A stretch of DNA of 64,000 nt, taken from Balanoglossus misakiensis (lineage: Eukaryota > Animalia > Hemichordata). The position numbers and the translations under genes are program-made. The notes beneath the pieces were generated by a model. That model searched no databases and was not told the DNA's origin. It saw nothing but the letters and a program-made list of their open reading frames with translations. The stretch spans positions 9,455,778 through 9,519,777 of the forward strand of contig CM082597.2 of the NCBI GenBank assembly GCA_040954595.2, written 5' to 3'. Below are positions 12,302 through 24,294 of this stretch, piece by piece; within the stretch, counting starts at the first letter, position 1; each line of letters starts with the position of its first letter.

Positions 12302-15300
12302 GGTTCAGGTAAGGTCGTCTATCCGACAGTCGCATTAGGGTTGTTTTTACACGGCGATCGCCTATGACACAGTAATCGCCGTGTACAAACATGTAAGCAA
12401 AGGTCGCACCGTTTGGTCATTTAAAGGGTTCGGTTGTTTTTTCATAGCGAATTACGTTCCTGGCAGGGAGGTCGTGTCATACCTTGTCTCTTATTATATT
12501 ATAAGCGCTGCCAAACTACAGTGCGACCTGCGCCTCAGGTCGAGCGTCCTGTCCCATATCGCCCCCCGCCCCAACACATTTAGTGTGTGTGAAGCAGAGT
12601 AGTAAGGCCTAACCCATCAGGGAGTTTTAATGATTTGATAACATAACATATTCCTGGGGTACTGGTTGCACTAGCAATTCCTAAAAGCACTCGCTCCTTC
12701 ATCCATGGCCGAATAAATTTGACTTCATTTTGGACCATTATTGTTCTAACAGGAATTGGACAGATTTGCTCACTGTGTGCAATTAGTATGTCTTAATTTG
12801 TATTTGGTGAAGGATGGGAGCTAGACCTATGGATAACATATGCGTAATTGGGCCCCTCGCAAATGTTTACCCTGCTCCATTAGCTGTAACTTTTCACGAT
12901 GTTTTCAGTACCTTTGTTTTATGTATCTACTGCAGTTCCTTGTTCAGATCCCTGAAGTATGATGAAATGTCCAGTCCCTCACGATCTTGCTTATTAACAT
13001 AGCCTATATGTATGTAGTCGACATTGTTATTGTGCAAAATTTGAATTCAAGTCCGGACTTAGAATTCATTTGTCAACAATAACATTGGCCATTACATACA
13101 TACAGGTTATGACGACAAATACAAGCAGAGATCTGTGTATATTAGTATGCTGTTTGAAGTAGAAGAAGAAATTGCATTTGGTACACAGAACAAAAATACT
13201 GGAAATGAAGCCAGAACTTACAGCTAATGCCCCTTTAGGAATCAATGCAAAGCAAAATGTGGAGATATAGTATAAAACATATTTTACCCATGATGTATAG
13301 TCTGTCACATTGTACATTAACTGTATGAAATGCTCTGGAATATGAATGCATTGTTTGATGTTGATATTTATTTTACCTTCACAGAGAGACTTATACGTGA
13401 CATACAATGTAATAACATACTTCAACCAGGTAGACTTGCTGCAAGGAGATGGGAGGTTTAATTTATATCAAGACTTTTAGTAGAGCTCCATGCACTCGGA
13501 CAAGAACTCTGACCACCAGTCTTTTAGCGGAATCTAGCTTTGCACTTTTGCACCAATCACATGCTTGAAGGTTTTTTCCATTTCCACCAGACATTGTCAG
13601 TTCTTTTTGCTGGCAGCTTTGTAGATTTCTGCAGTCAATGTTGAATAAAGTGGTTGAAAGTTAAATTACTGAGTCGGTCCTATTCCAGTCCCAGAACCTT
13701 GCTCATAATTCCACCCTGTACATATCAAAGAATCTTATACACAGGGCCAGCTCTCCAACAACAAACATGGAGTGAAGTGTGTATATTTGTTTGTTTGTTT
13801 GATGTTATTGATTGATAGAATAGAAAATGTTTATTTATTTACAAATATTATCACGTTTGTTTTTTGACAGGTTAGGGTTAGGGTATATTCAACAATCCTA
13901 TAATTATTATAATACACAGTACATATATAGGGAGTGAATGAACCCCAAACCCTAGCACCAACTCTGACCTGTCAACAAACAAACAAATGTGACAATATTT
14001 GTAAACAAACAACAAAATATTTTTTTTTATATTATCAATCAATTACAATAAACAACCATACACACTAAAAACAAGGAGGAAGAACTCTGTGTCTTATCTA
14101 CTAGTATGCAATGAGTTGCCCTGACAATGTGATAGACCTATGATGGCCACATGCAGTTCAATGATGCCATCTGACCAGTGAGGGCGCACTTGGCCTACCA
14201 AGTGTTTGCATGGTTTGCATGTGATGACGAAGAAAATCAAACACACAATTGCCAATCTAACAACAGTTCTGAACCAATCGGTTGTTTAATTATTAAAAGA
14301 TACAAATGTCCATAACTTAAGGAATACGGAGAAATAAGCACTTAGAAGACATTCCTAAAGCATACATTATTTCTGTATCAACAATGATACATAATAAAAA
14401 ACTGGCACAATGCACAGCCACCTTTGTTATTTAATCTTTGGACCAAATCTGAAGCCACGGTGTGCAGGCCGCCTGTCAATCTGATTAAAATCGGATGTAG
14501 GGAACGGCGACTTGGTTTTTTTTTATGCTGTCGCCTCACACTTTTGTCCCGAGTCGGCCATCTTTGCCCGGAGATTTGTCTATAGGGTTTCCCCAGACCC
14601 TCTTTCTGGAGTGCCCAACGGAAGAAGCAGGGGGGTCTGGGTAACCGAGACTAGGCTGGGGTGCGTTCGACGTACGAAGCGTTCGGAAACGTTTTCATGT
14701 CGAACGATCTCTTGTCATTGTTTTTCGCGAACGTTTTGTAACAATGGAAGGCGTAAGACGGAGGTGACTCGCAGCGAACAACTCATTAATTCAAAATGGC
14801 GGACATGTAAGCAGAAGTACGACTCGCAGGGCATATTTTCGAAGAAGTTGCAGAATATTTGTCGTTTTAGGTAGTGATAGTTTTACCAAGCGAAAGATTG
14901 TATTTTTCCCCATCAATACACCAATTTACATGAATTGTGCCGCTACTGTCTTGTGTAAAACGGTTTAAAAGGGGTATGCACTTCCGGAATCATGTCCTTG
15001 TATGCGCACCGGGACGTTCTTGCTTACGGCCGCTGTCTCTGAAAAGTCAAAGGTCATTGACGGCGCCCTCTTGTGAGAGGCAGGCTTATCGTTCGACGAA
15101 GTACAAAAGCGCCCGGCGCAAGCATTCACTACAGGTAGAAGTAGGTCTCTAGCAAGTCATTTGATCACAAAATAACTGACCAATCTCTCTTGTCTTATGC
15201 CATAGGAGAGATCGTGACGAACACCTGATTTGACATCATACAAATTATCATTCAGAAACTAAGGTTTGAGTTTGTTATAGCGTTGAATTTCTAAGTGAAA

Positions 15301-15773
15301 ACATATTGTAAAATGTTAAATGGTAATGAGTGTCATGTATGTCTTTATTAAATAGTCTAATATTTCATGGTAATAATGTCAAGTCCATGACCAGCTGCAG
15401 CCGCTGTTATTCGATAAATCAATACCATGTAACTCCCCAGTTAAAATTTGTAAAAGAAAGATGCTGGTAGGTGCCGATATGCCATTATATCGAATAATGG
15501 GTGAGAAGTCGATAATACTGTAGAACTATAAAACTAGTTTGTTATATGTCAAGGTTGATTTCGGAAAATCCAAATGCCGTTTTGTTGGTAACGTCTGCAT
15601 ACAAATGCTTGTTGGTTGCTATGCTAAGCAAATTACCAAACCAGCATTGTTGAACTTTCAAATTGTAACTGTTCCGTTCCCATCCTCGAGTTTTTTTATT
15701 TATTTAAAACTTCTGATCTTTCTATCAATTAAAGCCCCGCGAGTTGCAACTTTATCATTGATTTTTATAGGAG

Positions 15774-16334
15774 AAAGTAATCATGGATGAAAATTTCAGA
15801 GCATGGTTTGATGATGACCTACCACGTGGGTGGAAAATACTCCTGCCATGTGGGTGGAAGCATGCTCCGATAGAAATTATGGAATGTTTGGTTAAAGTAA
15901 CTGGATTACAACTTGATATAGGTAAGTAAACTAATTTGAGTTGATGGCTGGGGAAAGTAATCATGGATGAAAATTTCAGAGCATGGTTTGATGATGACCT
16001 ACCACGTGGGTGGAAAATACTCCTGCCATGTGGGTGGAAGCATGCTCCGATAGAAATTATGGAATGTTTGGTTAAAGTAACTGGATTACAACTTGATATA
16101 GGTAAGTAAACTAATTTGAGTTGATGGCTGGGGAAAGTAATCATGGATGAAAATTTCAGAGCATGGTTTGATGATGACCTACCACGTGGGTGGAAAATAC
16201 TCCTGCCATGTGGGTGGAAGCATGCTCCGATAGAAATTATGGAATGATTAATTTCCCCAGCCATCAACTCAAATTAGTTTACTTACCTATATCAAGTTGT
16301 AATCCACTTACTTTAACCAAACATTCCATAATTT
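15774..16334. repeat. 180-bp tandem repeat (~2.6 copies) ending in an inverted partial unit
   Basis: Sequence lines repeat exactly at 15781/15961/16141; ~16253-16334 is the reverse complement of the second half of the unit. Confidence 0.9.
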
Positions 16335-17017
16335 TGGAATATTAATCTCCCGTCATGCATCGCAGCTGTCCCGATTCCGCCTGGCGATTTGTCTACCGGG
16401 TTTCCCCAGACCCTCTTTCTGGAGTGCCCAACGGAAGAAGCAGAGGGCCCTGGGTAACCGAGACTACCCTGTTAAGTTCAAAAGTCATATGACGTAATTT
16501 GCGTCATCAGCGTAGCAACTCGGAGTCGTTCGATTGCAACGCGCGCGACTCGGGTCGCTACTCGGGTCGCAATCGAACTCGGCCTTTGCCTCTCAAGAGG
16601 GCGCCCTCAATGACCTTTGGCTTTTTTCAGAGACGCATAGGCAGTCACGATCTCGCACTTGCCATACAACGTAGTACGTCGTATTTTCTGCGGGAGTAAT
16701 TTTGGCAACATTACACCTATTTGTAATCGTTATATTTAATTATACAGGTAAATTTTGGGATTATACCTGAGGTCAACAAGAATTCTGAGGTCCGGGTTCT
16801 GAGGTTCTGAAACTTCAGAGGGCTCTGAGGGGCTCTGACTCAGACGGCTCTGAAAAGTCAACTCTACCAGTCGAGAAGTCAGTGGAAAACAGAATGAGTT
16901 TATTTCTGGTTCGCAACCATTTGACAAGTGCTGGTACGTATCTATTATGGCATTTGCTACTGTTGAGTTCGGAAGATCATTGTTTACAATTAATAGGTAA
17001 ATTAGTACAGCTTACTT

Positions 17018-17875
17018 GGGTTAGCCTAATTCAAGATATTCACGTTTCAAGTTTCACGTTCCACGGCCCAAGATTCAGCGGTGAACTTGGATTCACGATT
17101 CACTTCCAACACTAAACTTATATCCTGATTCAGATTCGAGTCTTGTCACGTCCTTTCGCCGTCTACATTGCATTCACTTGATTCAGAATATAGGAATTAG
17201 TCCTTTTGCTTTAGTTATCGGTTGTAAAATATACCCGGACCCTAAACCTATCAATTATATCAGAATTACACTTGAAAGTATCTGTGAGTACCGAGATTGC
17301 CGGCCATGGTGCGATCTCAGGCCTAGGGTCTCCGACGACGACGTCACGCGATAATCGAACAGAATATTTGGGGAACCTTGCTTGGGCGGGGATCGAGGAC
17401 AATTCTTTACTATCAATCACGTGATCTGGCAATGTGTCACATGGCGCAGTCATTTCCAGATGACGGGCAAGCAATATTTCGGCATCCAGTAAAAGTTTTC
17501 CCGAGTATGTTTTTACTTTAGAACCGCCAAACACGCAACATGTATCGGGTATGTTGCCTCATCAGCCTCATTGCATTTCGTCTGCACAGTCTTTGTCTGC
17601 ACCACGTAAGTCCACGTTGCTGAAGTTGCCCGTCATCTGGAAATTTGAATGCGAACGCAACTGCCACCTGAGCGCGTCTGACGTCATTTGATAGCGAAGA
17701 ATATAAACAATCGTACGCACCCCTGGTTACGGCAGCATAAACATATTAGACAAGACTCGAATCTGAATCAGAATATAAGTTTAGTGTTGGAAGTGAATCG
17801 TGAATCCAAGTTCACTGCTCAATCTTGGGCCGTGGAACGTGAAACTGAAACGTGAATCTTGAATTAGGCTAACCC
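17018..17875. mobile_element. Non-autonomous element with ~130-bp TIRs (MULE-like)
   Basis: GGGTTAGCCTAATTCAAGA...GAGTCTTGTC is mirrored at ~17749-17875. Flanks AGCTTACTT/AGCTTAATA may be a decayed 9-bp TSD. Confidence 0.7.
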
Positions 17876-17888
17876 AGCTTAATACTAT

Positions 17889-18018
17889 GAGGTTATTACG
17901 AAAATACCGCAAAGTATGCACGAGGACATTAGCGCCAAGTATCGCCCGACGCGCAGCGGAGGGCGATGCGCTGCGCTAATGTCCGAGTGCATACTTTGCG
18001 GTATTTTCGTAATAACCT
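17889..18018. mobile_element. Palindromic hairpin element
   Basis: AGGTTATTACGAAAATACCGCAAAGTATGCAC...GTGCATACTTTGCGGTATTTTCGTAATAACCT with a GC-rich centre. Confidence 0.7.
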
Positions 18019-18555
18019 TATTATTATACATCTTGCATCTCCGTTAGTTCTTGTGTTGCATGTTACTTGGCTTTCAAAACGCCAAAAATGCCGATACAAT
18101 CGATCGAAAACCGCTCAGTTGACTCAGTGAGCAGCCATCTTTGTTTTTTGTTTACGTGTGCGCACGTGCGTTGGAGTGGGGGGCGCCTTGAAACCGTCCG
18201 CATAACAACGCACACCTGTACACGGTGAGTTGGGGCGCCTTGAAACCTAAAACTTATTTAACGCGCGTTCCGTACGTACCGTTCCGTACGGCTTTTTATT
18301 GCACGCCAAAATCTATTGTTCTCGGCACTAGATGTATAATAATTTGATATATCCTGTGTGGAGGGACTAAAACAATCTCACACTCCCAAGGATCTGGGAT
18401 CGTACGACGTATTTCTCACACGAGTTGGGGACAAAATATCCCAGACGAGTATACGATCCCAGGTCCTTGGTGTGTGAGATTCTATTTCTCACACGACCAC
18501 AAATTTGCGATATTCACGTTTATTTCCAATCAAAGAACTAAATCAATAAAATACC

Positions 18556-18941
18556 TAGTCTGGTTCCCTGCCTCAATCCCACCGCTGGCTGCGCTACGCT
18601 ATAGGGAAAGGGTCAGGCACGGCCTACTGTAAACATGGCTCTCATTGGTCAATACATACGAACATTAAGTTGTTAAGTTGATAAGTTGTTGTAAGATACT
18701 CATTTCCCGTTCTCTCCTTCACGTCCATGAATGTTTATCATTCGATTTCCAACTTTACAACAAACGAAACAAAATAAACTGCCTGGATGAATCTTGACTG
18801 GCGTACGGACATTGGAGGCATCCACCTTGTTTATGATCACGTGGTCTTCCCAGGTTTCTGGGCATGAAATCGGGCCGTACCTGACCCTTTCCCTTTAGCG
18901 TAGCGCAGCCAGCGGTGGGATTGGGGCAGGGAACCAGACTA
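18556..18941. mobile_element. MULE-type MITE with ~70-bp TIRs and perfect 9-bp TSD
   Basis: TAGTCTGGTTCCCTGCC...GGCAGGGAACCAGACTA, with TAAAATACC at 18547-18555 and 18942-18950. Confidence 0.85.
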
Positions 18942-21844
18942 TAAAATACCCACTGATAACTGCATGACTGGTCATATATTGATCCGCCCCGCAAAACATA
19001 GTCCCCATTTCATCAGGAGTTTACAGTACACACATGCTGCAAAAATGTGCTCAACACATAAAAATATGGAGATATGTTCCCAGTGGCCTAAATTCGTGGG
19101 ATTACTGGAGTTTATTGTGAGTCTGTCACCGACCACGTACACCACTGTCGTCTGCTCATGACCTGATCACATTGTAGTTCTGACTCGTGTACAACACGTC
19201 ACACAATTGGATAATATTTGGTCGTTCTGAGGGGTACGAATGTCATGTTAGATAACAGTTGTCTCTGTGCGCATTAACACAGAGTCTGATCCCACACTCT
19301 CTATCCCACACTCTCAGCGGCCAAGAGTTTGAGAAAGCACTGTATTGCATAAGCAGTTTTACAGTGTGGTTCATGATGCCTTGTTATTCCAGAATGTTCG
19401 GAAGTGTGCAAAAAGTATAATGAATTTGGCAGACTGTTGGAGGCATCACATAGACAACTAAGGCATCGATTTGAAGATGGTGGAGAATCCGTTGATGGTA
19501 AGTAAGCGTACAGTCTATCATATCACTCACAAGCTAGTATCTATCATATTTTTCTGGAATATTTAGTAGTAATTACGGTCGCCCGTATATGACAGCCAAA
19601 ATCTCTAATTAAGCGGACACAACTTTAATTTTGCTGGATGAAACTCTCTAATTGGTGGACACAACTCTAATTTTGTCAGACACCACCTTGAGTACCGGTA
19701 CTTTTAAAAGATAGAAATTGTAAATTGCTGTCTGTGCACACTCACTTTTCTAAACAACCACAACACAACACTTGTTGAGGAAAAATCCCTGGAGTATACC
19801 TCACATATCCAAGGACAGTTGAAGGTTAGAGGATGGCAACCAACCACCTGAGACCACATCAATTTACTATTTGCCATGGAGCCCTACATTGGTATAGATG
19901 TTTTGGGGGACCCAAGCCCCCTGCAGGGGCTTGGGTCCCTATTGTAATTGCTGGGATTTTTCTTCTTTATTCATTTTTTTGCTCACCTAGATCTCAAAAA
20001 CTGCTGCACCTGCGCTTCTGAAACTTGGCACAGAGGTTGGGGCCAATGAGTAGTAGTGCATGGAACCTTTGCATTTTAATTAGTTGTGTGACCTGGTAGC
20101 TATATCCGATCAAAATTTTCAAATTGATCTAATTTGCATATGAATGGCAGCATTTAAATTCTTTTCTCAAACTTTGTAGACCATATGACCAAGATCCTGT
20201 ATGCCAAATGTCAAGGTCCTAGACTACTAGGCCATGTCGATTTTGAGAAGATAATTTTTAAAATATTTTTTCTATATTTTTATGGCCTTTGGACCAACCA
20301 ATTGGCCTATGTCCACATCTTATTGTTGAATTCTGGCATGTGCAATGGTCCTGGACAGTGGCTGTCTATGGGCCAGTGAGCAGCATGGGACCAAAATAAA
20401 AAGCCAAATTTGGAGGTCACCTGTGACACCTGCTTCACTCATTAATTATGTGCATACCTAATTGCAGGCTAACGAAAAAGGCTACAAATCTGGTTTTTGT
20501 TGCTCATGAAGCAATATGGAGTCAAATTTTCCCCCTCAAAATTTTAGGTGACCTCCGGCAGGGCTCGAATTTTATTTTTTTGAGTGGTAGCCCACTTGGG
20601 CTACCATTTCCCAAAGTTAGTAGCCCCAAACCCATGATTGGTAGCCCACAAATATATAGCCACCTTATACAGTCCTCTTGCATGTCAGTTCGGCCAGCTA
20701 GCCGGCCTCAAAGAGCATAGGACGCAGTTTGTGGTTTCTTTGTGTCCCCAGAGACCAAGGAAATTAAAAACAAGCGCGGCCACTGACGCTCGCTAATGAT
20801 ACTGCGATCAATGCACGGCGCATCGTACGTACTCAAAAATTGCGGTAGCCCGAGTGGGCTACCAAAATTTGAGAGACAAGTTTTGGTAGCCCCTGGCCCT
20901 GGGGCTACGGTTAGTTTCGGGCCCTGTCAGGTGACCTACTTTCCTATATCTCAGCATCCAGAACAGGTACAGACTTGGCGTTTGGAGGGATGGGACCATA
21001 ATGAAATGCCAAATTCGGGGATCACCTGTGACACCTGCTTAACTCATTACTTATGCGCATACCTAAATTCAGGCTAACCAAAAGGGATAGAAGTCTGGTT
21101 TCTGTTGCACATGAAGCAATATGGAGTCAAATTTTCCCCTCAGGTGACCTTTGGCCAACTTTCCCATATCTCAGCATCCACAGTAGTTACAGCATTGACA
21201 TTTGATGCAATGGATTAGTCATGATTATCTCTATTTGCTTGGGTCCCTTCAATGCAGCTTGCAGCTTTAATTACTACTTGATATACAAATGTAATATAAA
21301 AGACTGTTGCTAATAACTGTCTCTATGTAATGTGCATACAAGTCTAGTATCTAGCCGTATTTTGTCCTCTTCACTTCCAAAACTAATGTCTAGCGTCATG
21401 CATACCACTGGCCCAACAAAGCCAGTGATACCCCTTGCCGGGAATTGTGATGTAACTGGCATCCCCTTGAAGTCAATCACTGGCTTTGATTTTTCCAATG
21501 ATAGGACAAATGATATACAGTGTGTAATTAAGGATGGGTAACATTTTCAATGAAATTAACCCTGCCTTCCCCATAATCTTACATCCAATCACCAGTGTTC
21601 AGTTTATGTGAGTGACTACTACAAGGGGACGCTAGTTACATCACAAGTCCCAGCAAGGGGTATCAGGTTTTATTGGTTCAGTGGCATGCATGAGGCTAGA
21701 CATTAGTTTTGGAAGTGAAGTTGACAAAATACACCAAGATAGTAGACTATGTGCATACAGACTGGTTTGGTTAACTCTACAATTATTTTTTTTCCTTTAA
21801 TACAATTTTCTTAACACGTCCAGTTATTTGTTTTCATCCAACAG

Positions 21845-23166
21845 ATGTGTCACTGATTATCAACACCCTGGCACACCATGGCCATGTTGAGCTTGTAATG
21901 AGCCCCCATGAAATATCATATGCATGCAGTGAATGTGGAAAAACATTTAATCGGAATAGAAGCCTGAAGGAACACATGAGGATCCATACAAATGAAAGAC
22001 CTTTTGCATGCAATGAATGTGGAAAAACATTTGATCGGAATAGCCATCTGAAGAGACACATGAGGATCCATACAAATGAAAGACCTTTTGCATGCAGTGA
22101 ATGTGGAAAAACATTTAATCGGAATAGCCATCTGAAGAGACACATGAGGATCCATACAAATGAAAGACCTTTTGCATGCAATGAATGTGGAAAAACATTT
22201 AATCAGAGTAGCTACCTGAAGGAACACATGGGGATTCATACAAATGAAAGACCATATGCATGCAATGAATGTGGAAAAACATTTAATCGGAATAGAAGCC
22301 TGAAGGAACACATGAGGATCCATACAAATGAAAGACCTTTTGCATGCAATGAATGTGGAAAAACATTTAATCGGAATAGCCATCTGAAGAGACACATGAG
22401 GATCCATACAAATGAAAGACCTTTTGCATGCAGTGAATGTGGAAAAACATTTAATCGGAATAGCCATCTGAAGAGACACATGAGGATCCATACAAATTAA
22501 AGACCTTTTGCATGCAGTGAATGTGGAAAAACATTTACTCAGCATAGCCATCTGAAGGAATACATGAGGATCCATACAAATTAAAGACCTTTTGCATGCA
22601 GTGAATGTGGAAAAACATTTAATCGGAATAGAAGCCTGAAGGAACACATGAGGATCCATACAAATGAAAGACCATATGCATGCAATGAATGTGGAAAAAC
22701 ATTTAATCGGAATAGCCATCTGAAGAGACACATGAGGATCCATACAAATGAAAGACCTTTTGCATGCAATGAATGTGGTAAAACATTTAATCGGAATAGC
22801 CATCTGAAGAGACACATGAGGATCCATACAAATGAAAGACCTTTTGCATGCAATGAATGTGGAAAAACATTTAATCGGAATAGCCATCTGAAGAGACACA
22901 TGAGGATCCGTTTCAATGAAAGACCTTTTGCATGCAGTGAATGTGGAAAAACATTTACTCAGCATAGCCATCTGAAGGAACACATGAGGATCCTTACAAA
23001 TGAAAGACCATATGCATGCAGTGAATGTGGAAAAACATTTAATCGGAATAGAAGCCTGAAGGTACACATGAGGATCCATACAAATGAAAGACTTTTTGCA
23101 TGCAGTGAATGTGGGAAAATTTTTACGCACAGTGGTGCCCTGAAGAAACACATTAAGGTCCATTGA
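21845..23166 (+). CDS. C2H2 zinc-finger array exon: 7 intact fingers to TAA 22498-22500, then 8 more fingers; truncated gene or pseudogene
   Basis: 84-bp repeats encoding CxxC-GKTF-x5-LKxH-x3-H-TNERP(F/Y). Acceptor CAACAG| ends at 21844. A phase-compatible upstream donor lies at 19497/19498. In-frame TAA at 22498 and 22582. Confidence 0.85.
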
Positions 23167-23745
23167 AATAAAAGACCATATGGATGCAATGAAAGTGGGA
23201 ATCATTTGCACTGAGTGGATCCCTGAAGGGACACACGAGGATCCATGCAAATGAAAGACCATATCCATAGCATGAGTGGTGGCTCTTGTAGAAACAATGA
23301 AATGTAACACTTGCAGTATCGTTGCGTTGCAGGTACACAAATGCCTACAAGATTGTTGCGACCCATATAGTTAAAAAATTGTTCAAAAAACTTTTAAAAA
23401 ATATAAGCAAATAGTGTGAATTTTCTATTTTTTTGCATTTTTTGTCTTTTTCCACATTTTTGGTAAACAATCTACTTTTCTGGAATTGATCAGCCAACTT
23501 CTTTGACATTTCAAATAGGTGATATGAGTTTTACCTAAGTTTTGTTTATATTGCTGCAAAATTTGCACATTTATAATTTTGGAGCAATTTTTGCCTTTTT
23601 GATCAAATGTGTTTTCTTTAAAACCGCTTGTAAGATTGCTTTGAAATTTGGTAGAAATGTTCCTTGGGGTACCACAAGTAAGATTTGCATGTATGTTTTT
23701 CAAATCAACTTGAAGAATTCAATAAGTATATTTTGGGGTGGTTTT

Positions 23746-24294
23746 TAGGTCCCATTGGTTTATACCATGGGACCTTATGGGATCGGTTGCGTCTGTATGT
23801 ATGTATGGATGGATGTATGTCTGTATGTCCGTCCACATCAAAAACTTGAAAACCGCTGCGTGTATCACCTTGATATTTGGTGTGCTGATGCAGGCTGGGC
23901 AGTAGATGGGAGTTTGTTCAAATGAAGTTGTCATTGCCAAAAATATGCAAATTAGCTGGAAAATGTGAATTTGGTCAAAACTCAGTAACTCAAGAACTAC
24001 TGACCAGATTGCTTTACAAAGTGGTGTGTATTTACTTTATTGAGTTGTTTTAATTAGGCAGGAACCCCATCCTGTGATATTTATATACACAGCAAATTCC
24101 GGAATGATTACATAACTGGCTAAGTTTTAAAGAGGCCAGCTGTTCTGTTTAGTGTATGTACAGTAAATATGCCATTGGCAGCTTATGGGTCAGTCAGTGC
24201 TTGCCCATTGATCTCTCGCTATGTGTGTGTGTCTGTCTGTCTGTCTGTATATGGCCATGTACTCCGGTGTAGACTTTATCTTGTGCAATCCCTC
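23746..24294 (+). repeat. Dispersed repeat (DINE/HINE-like); near-identical inverted copy at ~55168-55721, partial copy at ~41720-41880
   Basis: TAGGTCCCAT...CCATGGGACCTTATGGGAT short inverted repeat followed by (GTAT)/(GTCT) microsatellite; the reverse complement is present in a GABPA intron. Confidence 0.7.

Noticed and set aside
15755-16267. 170-aa repetitive ORF
   Set aside because: By-product of the 180-bp tandem repeat.
21916-23340. 474-aa ORF antisense to the zinc-finger array
   Set aside because: Expected shadow ORF of a stop-free 84-bp repeat; no independent coding signal.
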